A stretch of 64,000 nucleotides of DNA from Stegostoma tigrinum (taxonomy: Eukaryota). Position 1 is the first letter of the stretch. Each line of letters opens with the position of its first letter. The stretch covers positions 34,242,728 to 34,306,727 of the forward strand of contig NC_081370.1 of NCBI RefSeq assembly GCF_030684315.1. The letters are read 5' to 3'. The notes beneath the pieces are model-generated. The model saw nothing but the letters and a program-made list of their open reading frames with translations, was not told where the DNA came from and did no database searches. Both the position numbers and the translations under genes were made by a program. This document shows, piece after piece, positions 12,971 through 26,530 of the stretch.

Positions 12971-15318
12971 GTGCGTTATCATGATATAAAAATGTGACTA
13001 ATTAATAAGTAATTATTTGGGTGCAAGGCCAGAACTAATGCAAAACTCTGACAATGGAATTTGACAAAGCCCTTTTAAACTAAGTAAATCGAGTTGACTG
13101 TACATATTTAATGGTGCATTATGCATTTTCGGTACCTGCTACATCATTTAACTTCAGTGAGCTTTAACGACATCCAACTTGTACATTGGCTTCTTGCATG
13201 AGTAGGTCCTTATATTGTGAGTAGCACAAGTTACTCAAAGACAACATCCAGCTCCTAAACTGACTTACATTGTTACCTCAAAATGGGGTACACACACACA
13301 TTCCGAAAATAAACTTTTGCTCTGACATTTCAACCAATGGTTAACATGTGTGAGATATAAAGCACTAAGCTTTTCACTAGGTGCAAAATTAGAGATCCAG
13401 GTGGAAAAATTAAAAAGGAGCATTGTGCTGTGTTCTGAGGGGAGCACGACGTATTCATGCAGGTATTCAGAAGCTAATAGAAAGAGAGCAGGTGAATTTC
13501 AGAATGTTGCTCCAAGCCCATGGATGCTGTTCAGGAAGAACTTTAAAAATCTGACTCAATTTGACCATATGAATGAGTTCATATAGAGAGGGCATCCATG
13601 CCAACTACACCATTCAGCCCATTCACCACATCTCCAACATCTAATTCCCAACAGCCAGCCTTCAAATACAAACTAATGTCATGAACTCCTGAATCACTCA
13701 CTGAACACAATTTGCACACACAACATTAAGCCGTTAAAAGAAAAGAGAAATTGCTGGAGAAGCTCACCAGATCTGGTAGCATCGATGAAGAGAAATCAGA
13801 GTTAACGTTTTAGGTCTGGTGGCCAATCCGAGCATCCTCTGTTTTTGTTTCTGCTTTGAAGCACCTGCAGTGCTTTCAATAGTTTTATTTCATGGCACGT
13901 TGTGGCTTTTCACTACCTGCTGCATTATTTGACTTCAGTGTGCTTCAACAAAATCCAAATTGTTCATTAGGTCCTTGCAGGAATAGGTCATAAAATTTGA
14001 GAAGCACAAATTTTTTAAGACAATCTCCATCTCCTAGATGGCCTTACATTGTTCCTCTAAAAGGTTGGTGCACACATTTTTGAAATAATCTTGTGCTCTG
14101 ACTTTTCGACCAGTGGTTAAAATGTATGACGTAGAATGTACTAACCTTTTCACTCGACACAGAATTAAAGGTCCAGGTAGAGAAATTGAAAAGGAGCAAT
14201 GTACTGGTATTATAAATATTTATCTGAGTGAAGTACCTGATCTAGTACAAAACGATAACGATTGAATTTGATCAAGCCCTGAAGACATTAAAATTCTAAC
14301 TTGATACCACAATGCCCAACTCAACCCCTCATCTATCCTAATCTCTTTTCCACATACCTGCCAGCCTACCATTTCACCCACCAGCACTCTATCTCCTCAT
14401 ACACCTCCCATCATCACCCCATGCACACCAGTTTCCCATCCCCTCACACACCTACCATCATCACCCTACACCCACCAGCACCCTATCCCTTTAATCGTTG
14501 CTTTTTCATGGTAAGACACACTGCATTTTTGCTCCCTGCTGACACACAGCAGACCACAGTTTTCTGTCAATGAAATGCATTCTGTTCATTGGCTTCATGA
14601 AGCAGCAGGACCTTATATTGCAAGGAGTAAAAGTTAGCAAAACACAATCCCCAACTGGTACGGTGGCATCATATTGTTACTGCTAAGTTATCCACAGCTC
14701 TGGGAAATCACTGTACTTTGACCAATGATGTCAAATTGTGGAGAAATTCTTTTGAAATTGAAATTCTACTCTGACCTGTTGACGACCATCCTGTTTTTCA
14801 CAAAATGCAAGACATAAGTACAGTTCAGAGAATATTACCTCTTTTGGTGCTTTGCACAATTGCGACAAGTATTATAGACATCATTCCGCACTTTTCTCTG
14901 TGTGTCAGAGATAGATTGTTGGTTGTGTGATGACGTTGCATTCCCGTCCTTGAGCAAATTTGGTTTTGGAAACTTCAGAACATCACTGTTGAAAAGATGT
15001 ATTTTCATCGATCACACACAGTCAGGCAAGACGTCATTTCACGTTTGTGAACATCAAGAACTGGTTGCAATTTAACCTGAGAAATCCACTGTCCCTTATA
15101 TCCAGAAAACAGCATGAATTGTACAATGATTTGACTACGATACGATATGCAGCAAGTTCATTCCGGGACACTTGAATCACCAAATGATTGCATTCATTGT
15201 ACTGAGCTCAAGTTAACATGTGAAGTTCATTCTTGCACAAAATTGCTGTTCGGGCTGTTTTTACTCCCATATATTACGGAGCTTACTCTGCACATCTTTT
15301 ATTTTTGTTATGATGTAG

Positions 15319-15399
15319 AACCACCGGCGCCGACTGAAAATCATCAAAATTCTGCTCCGCATACAGAAGAAAGTGAACAGCTTGAATCGGAACAGAACG
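15319..15399 (+). CDS. Repeat micro-exon type D, copy 1 (81 nt, phase 1-1): EPPAPTENHQNSAPHTEESEQLESEQN
   Basis: TTTTATTTTTGTTATGATGTAG acceptor, open frame, donor G|GTGCGT, homologous to exon A. Confidence 0.72.
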
Positions 15400-17028
15400 G
15401 TGCGTTATCATTATTTAAAAATGCGGCCAATTAATCGGTAATTTTTGTGTGCAAGACCAGAACCAAAGCAAAGCTCTGACAACGCAATTCGGCAAAGCCC
15501 CTTTAATTTGATGTAAATTGAGATGACCGTATGTATTTCATGTCATGTTGTGGCTTTTCACTACCTGCTGCATTATTTGACTTCAGTGTGCTTCAACAAA
15601 ATCCAAATTGTTCATTCGGTCCTTGCAGGAATAGGTCGTAAAACTAGAGAAGCACAAGTTACTTAAAGGCAATCTCCAGCTCCTAAATGGCCTTACATTG
15701 TTCCTGCAAAAATTGGTGCACACGTTCCTGAAATAATCTTGTGCTCTGAGTTTTCGACCAGTGGTTAAAATGTAAGACATAGAATGTACTCACCTTTTCA
15801 CTCGACACAGATTTAAAGGTCCAGGTAGAGAAATTGAAAAGGAGCAATGTACTGTGTTGTGAGTGGAGCGCGAAGTATTCACACAGGTGTTTAGAAGCTA
15901 ATAGAAAACGAGCAGATGAATTTCAGAAGGTTGTACCAAGGCCATGAATAATGTTCAGGGACAACATTGAGTGAGATTGTTCATCTGTCCATGTGACAGT
16001 ATTCATGTCGAGAGTTCATCGATGCCAACTACACCATTCATCTCATTCACCGCATCCACATCATCTGATGCGCAGCAATCAGCCATCAAATACAAACTTG
16101 TATCATGAACTCCTGAATCATCACTGAACAGAATTTGCACACACAACATCCAGCCCGTAAACGAAAAGAGATGTTGCTGGACAAGATCACCAGATCTGGT
16201 AACATCGGTGAAGAGACATCAGAGTTAAGATTTCAGATCCGGCGGGCATTTCAAGCATCTTCTGATTTAGTTTCTGCTTTGATGCAGCTGCAGTGCTTTT
16301 GAATTTTGTCATGTGATTAAACACTACGTTTTTCATCCATGTATGAATATTTGATGATTTGATACAATTGGTCAAAGTAGAGAGATTTCCCAGAGCTGTG
16401 GCTAACTCGGAAAAGATCAATGCGTTTGGTCCAGAAATCAGTGCCGTTCAAGATCAACGGAGACAACAGGAGATGATATAGAATACCTCCCTGAGCAACG
16501 ACCAGATTCCCAGTGTAAAAACCATCCTGATGCCACTCATGAACAGAGTCGATTGGGTGACAGGTTGGTGTCCTTGCAAAATGACAGCATTAGCCATCAG
16601 CAATAATGGTTCCTACGTTACACCAAGGCAGGTTTACTTACCACTTTGGAGCTGGTGGATTTCCTCCCTATTCTCCAGAACATTCAAAGCGAAACGCGCT
16701 TCAGACAGCATTTCTCCTTTATGTCCTTTGCGCAACTGGTGAAAATCTTACGTCCATCATCAGCACATTCTCTCTCAGTCGGATGGTTGTATGGTGTTTT
16801 CTTATCCCAGAGCAAATTTCACCTTTGAAATACCGGAACATCATGATTAAACAGATGCAGTTTCACAGTTGAAATCATTTGGGAAGGTAAAATTCCTTAT
16901 TTTGTAAATTGAAGAACTGCTTTCATTTTCACCTGAGAATTCCACTGATCAATCTTGACACGCAACTACATGGTTTGTACAATGAGTCAAACACATTAAG
17001 ATATTTTACAAATGCGTGCCAGGACCAA

Positions 17029-17065
17029 ACAAACCAATCTGAAGAGGATGATTCAAACAAGCAAG
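17029..17065 (+). pseudogene. 3' half of an E-type exon whose acceptor was deleted (also 19747-19783, 22465-22501)
   Basis: ACAAACCAATCTGAAGAGGATGATTCAAACAAGCAAG|GTTAGA matches the 3' part of 25452-25532. About 345 bp including the acceptor is missing relative to that cassette. Confidence 0.6.
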
Positions 17066-18037
17066 GTTAGATGCTCTGATTTAAAAGTGTGAATAATTAT
17101 AAGCTGGTATTATAAATATTTATCTGAGTGAAGCAGCTGATCTAGTGCAAAACGATAACGATTGAATTTGATCAAGCCCTGGAAAATTATTGACACGGCT
17201 GTATGTTTTAATCGTTGCTTTTTCATGGTAAGACACACTGTGCATTTTTGCTCCCTGCTGACACACAGCAGACCACAGTTTTCTGTCAATGAAATGCATT
17301 CTGTTCATTGGCTTCATGAAGCAGCAGGACCTTATATTGCAAGGAGTAAAAGTTAGCAAAACACAATCCCCAACTGGTACAGTGGCATCATATTGTTACT
17401 GCTAAGTTATCCACAGCTCTGGGAAATCACTGTACTTTGACCAATGATGTCAAATTGTGGAGAAATTCTTTTGAAATTGAAATTCTACTCTGACCTGTTG
17501 ACGACCATCCTGTTTTTCACAAAATGCAAGACATAAGTACAGTTCAGAGAATATTACCTCTTTTGGTGCTTTGCACAATTGCGACAAGTATTATAGACAT
17601 CATTCCGCACTTTTCTCTGTGTGTCAGAGATAGATTGTTGGTTGTGTGATGACGTTGCATTCCCGTCCTTGAGCAAATTTGGTTTTGGAAACTTCAGAAC
17701 ATCACTGTTGAAAAGATGTATTTTCATCGATCACACACAGTCAGGCAAGACGTCATTTCACGTTTGTGAACATCAAGAACTGGTTGCAATTTAACCTGAG
17801 AAATCCACTGTCCCTTATATCCAGAAAACAGCATGAATTGTACAATGATTTGACTACGATACGATATGCAGCAAGTTCATTCCGGGACACTTGAATCACC
17901 AAATGATTGCATTCATTGTACTGAGCTCAAGTTAACATGTGAAGTTCATTCTTGCACAAAATTGCTGTTCGGGCTGTTTTTACTCCCATATATTACGGAG
18001 CTTACTCTGCACATCTTTTATTTTTGTTATGATGTAG

Positions 18038-18118
18038 AACCACCGGCGCCGACTGAAAATCATCAAAATTCTGCTCCGCATACAGGAGAAAGTGAACAGC
18101 TTGAATCGGAACAGAACG
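18038..18118 (+). CDS. Repeat micro-exon type D, copy 2 (E>G variant)
   Basis: AG...G|GTGCAT, open frame, GAA>GGA. Confidence 0.66.
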
Positions 18119-20755
18119 GTGCATTACCATTATTTAAAAATGCGGCCAATTAATCGGTAATTTTTGTGTGCAAGACCAGAACCAAAGCAAAGCTCTGACA
18201 ACGCAATTCGGCAAAGCTCTTTTAAATTGATGTAAATTGAGATGACCGTATGTGTTTCATGTCATGTTGTGGCTTTTCACTACCTGCTGCATTATTTGAC
18301 TTCAGTGTGCTTCAACAAAATCCAAATTGTTCATTAGGTCCTTGCAGGAATAGGTCGTAAAATTAGAGAAGCACAAGTTACTTAAAGGCAATCTCCAGCT
18401 CCTAAATGGCCTTACATTGTTCCTGCAAAAATTGGTGAACAAGTTCCTGAAATAATCTTGTGCTCTGAGTTTTCGACCAGTGGTTAAAATGTATGACGTA
18501 GAATGTACTAAGCTTTTCACGCGACACAGATTTAAAGATCAGGTAGAGAAATTGAAAAGGAGCAATGTACTGTGTTGTGAGTGGAGCGCGAAGTATTCAC
18601 ACAGGTGTTTAGAAGCTAATAGAAAGAGAGCAGATGAATTTCAGAAGGTTGTACCAAGGCCATGAATAATGTTCAGAGACAACATTGAGTGAGATTGTTC
18701 ATCTGTCCATGTGACTGGATTCATGTCGAGAGTTCATCGATGCCAACTACACCATTCATCTCATTCACCACATCCACATCATCTGATGCGCAGCAATCAG
18801 CCATCAAATACAAACTTGTATCATGAACTCCTGAATCATCACTGAACAGAATTTGCACACACAACATCCAGCCCGTAAACGAAAAGAGATGTTGCTGGAC
18901 AAGATCACCAGATCTGGTAACATCGGTGAAGAGACATCAGAGTTAAGATTTCAGATCCGGCGGGCATTTCAAGCATCTTCTGATTTAGTTTCTGCTTTGA
19001 TGCAGCTGCAGTGCTTTTGAATTTTGTCATGTGATTAAACACTACGTTTTTCATCCATGTATGAATATTTGATGATTTGATACAATTGGTCAAAGTAGAG
19101 AGATTTCCCAGAGCTGTGGCTAACTCGGAAAAGATCAATGCGTTTGGTCCAGAAATCAGTGCCGTTCAAGATCAACGGAGACAACAGGAGATGATATAGA
19201 GTACCTCCCTGAGCAACGACCAGATTCCCAGTGTAAAAACCATCCTGATGCCACTCATGAACAGAGTCGATTGGGTGACAGGTTGGTCTCCTTGCAAAAT
19301 GACAGCATTAGCCATCAGCAATAATGGTTCCTACGTTACACCAAGGCAGGTTTACTTACCACTTTGGAGCTGGTGGATTTCCTCCCTATTCTCCAGAACA
19401 TTCAAAGCGGAACGCGCTTCAGACAGCATTTCTCCTTTATGTCCTTTGCGCAACTGGTGAAAATCTTACGTCCATCATCAGCACATTCTCTCTCAGTCGG
19501 ATGGTTGTATGGTGTTTTCTTATCCCAGAGCAAATTTCACCTTTGAAATACCGGAACATCATGATTAAACGGATGCAGTTTCACAGTTGAAATCATTTGG
19601 GAAGGTAAAATTCCTTATTTTGTAAATTGAAGAACTGCTTTCATTTTCACCTGAGAATTCCACTGATCAATCTTGACACGCAACTACATGGTTTGTACAA
19701 TGAGTCAAACACATTAAGATATTTTACAAATGCGTGCCAGGACCAAACAAACCAATCTGAAGAGGATGATTCAAACAAGCAAGGTTAGATGCTCTGATTT
19801 AAAAGTGTGAATAATTATAAGCTGGTATTATAAATATTTATCTGAGTGAAGCAGCTGATCTAGTGCAAAATGATAACGATTGAATTTGATCAAGCCCTGG
19901 AAAATTATTGACACGGCTGTATGTTTTAATCGTTGCTTTTTCATGGTAAGACACACTGTGCATTTTTGCTCCCTGCTGACACACAGCAGACCACAGTTTT
20001 CTGTCAATGAAATGCATTCTGTTCATTGGCTTCATGAAGCAGCAGGACCTTATATTGCAAGGAGTAAAAGTTAGCAAAACACAATCCCCAACTGGTACGG
20101 TGGCATCATATTGTTACTGCTAAGTTATCCACAGCTCTGGGAAATCACTGTACTTTGACCAATGATGTCAAATTGTGGAGAAATTCTTTTGAAATTGAAA
20201 TTCTACTCTGACCTGTTGACGACCATCCTGTTTTTCACAAAATGCAAGACATAAGTACAGTTCAGAGAATATTACCTCTTTTGGTGCTTTGCACAATTGC
20301 GACAAGTATTATAGACATCATTCCGCACTTTTCTCTGTGTGTCAGAGATAGATTGTTGGTTGTGTGATGACGTTGCATTCCCGTCCTTGAGCAAATTTGG
20401 TTTTGGAAACTTCAGAACATCACTGTTGAAAAGATGTATTTTCATCGATCACACACAGTCAGGCAAGACGTCATTTCACGTTTGTGAACATCAAGAACTG
20501 GTTGCAATTTAACCTGAGAAATCCACTGTCCCTTATATCCAGAAAACAGCATGAATTGTACAATGATTTGACTACGATACGATATGCAGCAAGTTCATTC
20601 CGGGACACTTGAATCACCAAATGATTGCATTCATTGTACTGAGCTCAAGTTAACATGTGAAGTTCATTCTTGCACAAAATTGCTGTTCGGGCTGTTTTTA
20701 CTCCCATATATTACGGAGCTTACTCTGCACATCTTTTATTTTTGTTATGATGTAG

Positions 20756-20836
20756 AACCACCGGCGCCGACTGAAAATCATCAAAATTCTGCTCCGCATA
20801 CAGAAGAAAGTGAACAGCTTGAATCGGAACAGAACG
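20756..20836 (+). CDS. Repeat micro-exon type D, copy 3
   Basis: Same as 15319-15399. Confidence 0.72.
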
Positions 20837-23473
20837 GTGCGTTATCATTATTTAAAAATGCGGCCAATTAATCGGTAATTTTTGTGTGCAAGACCAGAAC
20901 CAAAGCAAAGCTCTGACAACGCAATTCGGCAAAGCTCTTTTAAATTGATGTAAATTGAGATGACCGTATGTATTTCATGTCATGTTGTGGCTTTTCACTA
21001 CCTGCTGCATTATTTGACTTCAGTGTGCTTCAACAAAATCCAAATTGTTCATTCGGTCCTTGCAGGAATAGGTCGTAAAACTAGAGAAGCACAAGTTATT
21101 AAAGGCAATCTCCAGCTCCTAAATGGTCTTACATTGTTCCTGCAAAAATTGGTGCACACGTTCCTGAAATAATCTTGTGCTCTGAGTTTTCGACCAGTGG
21201 TTAAAATGTATGACGTAGAATGTACTAACCTTTTCACTCGACACAGAATTAAAGGTCCAGGTAGAGAAATTGAAAAGGAGCAATGTATTGTGTTGTGAGT
21301 GGAGCGCGAAGTATTCACACAGGTGTTTAGAAGTTAATAGAAAACGAGCAGATGAATTTCAGAAGGTTGTACCAAGGCCATGAATAATGTTCAGGGAGAA
21401 CATTGAGTGAGATTGTTCATCTGTCCATGTGACTGGATTCATGTCGAGAGTTCATCGATGCCAACTACACCATTCATCTCATTCACCACATCCACATCAT
21501 CTGATGCGCAGCAATCAGCCATCAAATACAAACTTGTATCATGAACTCCTGAATCATTACTGAACAGAATTTGCACACACAACATCCAGCCCGTAAACGA
21601 AAAGAGATGTTGCTGGACAAGATCACCAGATCTGGTAACATCGGTGAAGAGACATCAGAGTTAAGATTTCAGATCCGGCGGGCATTTCAAGCATCTTCTG
21701 ATTTAGTTTCTGCTTTGATGCAGCTGCAGTGCTTTTGAATTTTGTCATGTGATTAAACACTACGTTTTTCATCCATGTATGAATATTTGATGATTTGATA
21801 CAATTGGTCAAAGTAGAGAGATTTCCCAGAGCTGTGGCTAACTCGGAAAAGATCAATGCGTTTGGTCCGGAAATCAGTGCCGTTCAAGATCAACGGAGAC
21901 AACAGGAGATGATATAGAATACCTCCCTGAGCAACGACCAGATTCCCAGTGTAAAAACCATCCTGATGCCACTCATGAACAGAGTCGATTGGGTGACAGG
22001 TTGGTGTCCTTGCTAAATGACAGCATTAGCCATCAGCAATAATGGTTCCTACGTTACACCAAGGCAGGTTTACTTACCACTTTGGAGCTGGTGGATTTCC
22101 TCCCTATTCTCCAGAACATTCAAAGCGAAACGCGCTTCAGACGGCATTTCTCCTTTATGTCCTTTGCGCAACTGGTGAAAATCTTACGTCCATCATCAGC
22201 ACATTCTCTCTCAGTCGGATGGTTGTATGGTGTTTTCTTATCCCAGAGCAAATTTCACCTTTGACATACCGGAACATCATGATTAAACAGATGCAGTTTC
22301 ACAGTTGAAATCATTTGGGAAGGTAAAATTCCTTATTTTGTAAATTGAAGAACTGCTTTCATTTTCACCTGAGAATTCCACTGATCAATCTTGACACGCA
22401 ACTACATGGTTTGTACAATGAGTCAAACACATTAAGATATTTTACAAATGCGTGCCAGGACCAAACAAACCACTCTGAAGAGGATGATTCAAACAAGCAA
22501 GGTTAGATGCTCTGATTTAAAAGTGTGAATAATTATAAGCTGGTATTATAAATATTTATCTGAGTGAAGCAGCTGATCTAGTGCAAAACGATAACGATTG
22601 AATTTGATCAAGCCCTGGAAAATTATTGACACGGCTGTATGTTTTAATCGTTGCTTTTTCATGGTAAGACACACTGTGCATTTTTGCCCCCTGCTGACAC
22701 ACAGCAGACCACAGTTTTCTGTCAATGAAATGCATTCTGTTCATTGGTTTCATGAAGCAGCAGGACCTTATATTGCAAGGAGTAAAAGTTAGCAAAACAC
22801 AATCCCCAACTGGTACAGTGGCATCATATTGTTACTGCTAAGTTATCCACAGCTCTGGGAAATCGCTGTACTTTGACCAATGATGTCAAATTGTGGAGAA
22901 ATTCTTTTGAAATTGAAATTCTACTCTGACCTGTTGACGACCATCCTGTTTTTCACAAAATGCAAGACATAAGTACAGTTCAGAGAATATTACCTTTTTT
23001 GGTGCTTTGCACAATTGCTACAAGTATTATAGACATCATTCCGCACTTTTCTCTGTGTGTCAGAGATAGATTGTTGGTTGTGTGATGACGTTGCATTCCC
23101 GTCCTTGAGCAAATTTGGTTTTGGAAACTTCAGAACATCACTGTTGAAAAGATGTATTTTCATCGATCACACACAGTCAGGCAAGACGTCATTTCACGTT
23201 TGTGAACATCAAGAACTGGTTGCAATTTAACCTGAAAAATCCACTGTCCCTTATATCCAGAAAACAGCATGAATTGTACAATGATTTGACTACGATACGA
23301 TATGCAGCAAGTTCATTCCGGGACACTTGAATCACCAAATGATTGCATTCATTGTACTGAGCTCAAGTTAACATGTGAAGTTCATTCTTGCACAAAATTG
23401 CTGTTCGGGCTGTTTTTACTCCCATATATTACGGAGCTTACTCTGCACATCTTTTATTTTTGTTATGATGTAG

Positions 23474-23554
23474 AACCACCGGCGCCGACTGAAAATCATC
23501 AATATTCTGCTCCACATACAGAAGAAAGTGAACAGCTTGAATCGGAACAGAACG
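23474..23554 (+). CDS. Repeat micro-exon type D, copy 4 (N>Y variant)
   Basis: AG...G|GTGCGT, AAT>TAT plus one synonymous change. Confidence 0.72.
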
Positions 23555-25451
23555 GTGCGTTATCATTATTTAAAAATGCGGCCAATTAATCGGTAATTTT
23601 TGTGTGCAAGACCAGAACCAAAGCAAAGCTCTGACAACGCAATTCGGCAAAGCTCTTTTAAATTGATGTAAATTGAGATGACCGTATGTATTTCATGTCA
23701 TGTTGTGGCTTTTCACTACCTGCTGCATTATTTGACTTCAGTGTGCTTCAACAAAATCCAAATTGTTCATTAGGTCATTGCAGGAATAGGTCGTAAAACT
23801 AGAGAAGCACAAGTTACTTAAAGGCAATCTCCAGCTCCTAAATGGCCTTACATTGTTCCTGCAAAAATTGGTGCACACGTTCCTGAAATAATCTTGTGCT
23901 CTGAGTTTTCGACCAGTGGTTAAAATGTATGACGTAGAATGTACTAACCTTTTCACTCGACACAGAATTAAAGGTCCAGGTAGAGAAATTGAAAAGGAGC
24001 AATGTACTGTGTTGTGAGTGGAGCGCGAAGTATTCACACAGGTGTTTAGAAGCTAATAGAAAGAGAGCAGATGAATTTCAGAAGGTTGTACCAAGGCCAT
24101 GAATAATGTTCAGGGAGAACATTGAGTGAGATTGTTCATCTGTCCATGTGACTGGATTCATGTCGAGAGTTCATCGATGCCAACTACACCATTCATCCCA
24201 TTCACCACATCCACATCATCTGATGCGCAGCAATCAGCCATCAAATACAAACTTGTATCATGAACTCCTGAATCATCATTGAACAGAATTTGCACACACA
24301 ACATCCAGCCCGTAAACGAAAAGAGATGTTGCTGGACAAGATCACCAGATCTGGTAACATCGGTGAAGAGACATCAGAGTTAAGATTTCAGATCCGGCGG
24401 GCATTTCAAGCATCTTCTGATTTAGTTTCTGCTTTGATGCAGCTGCAGTGCTTTTGAATTTTGTCATGTGATTAAACACTACGTTTTTCATCCATGTATG
24501 AATATTTGATGATTTGATACAATTGGTCAAAGTAGAGAGATTTCCCAGAGCTGTGGCTAACTCGGAAAAGATCAATGCGTTTGGTCCAGAAATCAGTGCC
24601 GTTCAAGATCAACGGAGACAACAGGAGATGATATAGAATACCTCCCTGAGCAACGACCAGATTCCCAGTGTAAAAACCATCCTGATGCCACTCATGAACA
24701 GAGTCGATTGGGTGACAGGTTGGTCTCCTTGCAAAATGACAGCATTAGCCATCAGCAATAATGGTTCCTACGTTACACCAAGGCAGGTTTACTTACCACT
24801 TTGGAGCTGGTGGATGACCTCCCTATTCTCCAGAACATTCAAAGCGAAACGCGCTTCAGACGGCATTTCTCCTTTATGTCCTTTGCGCAACTGGTGAAAA
24901 TCTTACGTCCATCATCAGCACATTCTCTCTCAGTCGGATGGTTGTATGCTGACTTCTCATCCCAGACCTCGAGCAAATTGCCGCTTGTAAGTGCCAGAAT
25001 ATTTCAATTAAACAGATGCAGTTTCACAGTTGAAATTCTTTCAGACAAGGTAAATTTCCATGTTTCACCAATTCAATCTTTACACCCAACTGCGTGGTTT
25101 GTAAAATGATTTGGCCACTTTAATATATTTTATAAATGCATGCCGGGACCATTTGAATCACCAAGTTGTTTGAATTGCTCAATGAATAGTTGCCACATTT
25201 AAATGCATGGTGTCCAATGAAGAATGGGACGTGATACACACAGTGAGCAGCAGCAGCTCTGCAATAACTGTGAGAACATTAATGCAGCACCTGTCTGAAA
25301 ATAGGTCTCACTGTTTCATAGATATTGTTGGCCTGAGCTTAACTGAACATGTGTGCAATTTATGGTCAAACAGAAGCATCATCACCGCAGTTTCTACTTT
25401 CTTATGCACCTGTGCTTTAGCTGTCCAACTTCTATTTTGGCGATGATATAG

Positions 25452-25532
25452 GCTCTGTGGATGATGCCATGAATACACAAAGTAATGCCATGAATACAAA
25501 CCAAGCTGAAGAGGATGATTTGAACAAGCTAC
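25452..25532 (+). pseudogene. Decayed micro-exon type E (xSVDDAMNTQSNAMNTNQAEEDDLNKL), donor lost
   Basis: TAG acceptor and open 81-nt frame, but followed by ACATTA rather than GT. Confidence 0.6.
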
Positions 25533-26449
25533 ACATTACGATTTTAAACTGTGACCAGTTATAAGCAACAAGTATGAATAATTATCTCAGTGATGCACCT
25601 GATCTGCTGCTGAACTATCACGTTTGAATTTGATCAACTCCTGGAAAGTTATTATTGACACAACTGTGTGTTTTAATCATTGCTTTTTCACGATAAGACA
25701 CACTGTGCAATTTTTCTTCCCCTGCTGACACACAGACCTCACATTTCTGTCAATGAGATGCATTCTGCTCATTGGCTTCTTGCATCAGTAGGACGTTATA
25801 TCGAATGAAGTAAATGTTACCAAAACACAATCCCTAACTCGTACAGTGCCATCATCTTGTTACTGCACAGATTGGAGAATTACGTTCAAAAATAAAATTC
25901 TGCTCTGACCTTATAAACAACAATTCTGTTAATCAAAATTGCAGGACATAAGTACAGTTCAGAGAATATTACCTCTTTTGGTCCTTTGCAGAATTGCTAC
26001 AACTATTATAGACATCATTCCGCACCTTTCTCTCTCTGTCAGTCAGATTCTTGTGTGATAAAGTTCCATTCCAGTGCTTGAGCAAATTCAGTTTTGAAAA
26101 CTCCACTGCATCAAATTTGAAAAGATATATTTTCGTAGATACCATCCCAGTCGGGCAAGATGACATTTCAGATTTGTCAAATTCACGAACTGATTGCATG
26201 TAATCTGAGAAATCCACTGTTCTGTTCCCCCCAGAAAATGATGTAGTTTGCACAATGATTTTGTCACCTTCAGGTATTGAGCACTTTCATTCCAGGACGT
26301 TTGAATCACCAAATTCTTTCATTCATTTTGTTGAGCTGAGATTAACATGTGTGAACTTCATTCTTGCACAAAAGCACTGTTCAGGCCGTTTCTACTCTTT
26401 TATTTTGCCGGGCTTAATCTGTACTTCTTGTATTTTTGTGATGATGCAG

Positions 26450-26530
26450 AATTACAGGAAGTCTGTGAAACTCATTAAGTTTCTTCTGGGGATAGAAAAG
26501 AAGGTGTAGATGAAGAATAAAAAGAGATAG
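26450..26530 (+). pseudogene. Micro-exon type F with two in-frame TAA stops (ELQEVCETH*VSSGDRKEGVDEE*KEI)
   Basis: CAG acceptor and G|GTATTT donor retained; 81 nt; two stops in the homologous frame. Confidence 0.68.

Larger units (their letters stand above)
1..14490. repeat. Tandem array of 6.25-6.37 kb units (1-6247, 6248-12616, partial 12617-14490)
   Basis: ATCAGGCAAGATGACATTTCC recurs at 1, 6248 and 12617, and the ORF track repeats at +6247/+6369. Units differ by a few SNPs and a 122-bp indel (present at ~11431-11552, absent in unit 1). Confidence 0.97.
14491..24948. repeat. Tandem array of ~2,718-bp units (~3.85 copies)
   Basis: Near-identical blocks at offsets 2719/2718/2718 (ORF MQQVHSG... 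at 15147, 17866, 20584, 23302). High identity ends at ~24948. Confidence 0.97.

Noticed and set aside
17023-17065. Cryptic CAG rescuing the E half-exon
   Set aside because: It would give 43 nt (frameshifting) and lacks a pyrimidine tract.
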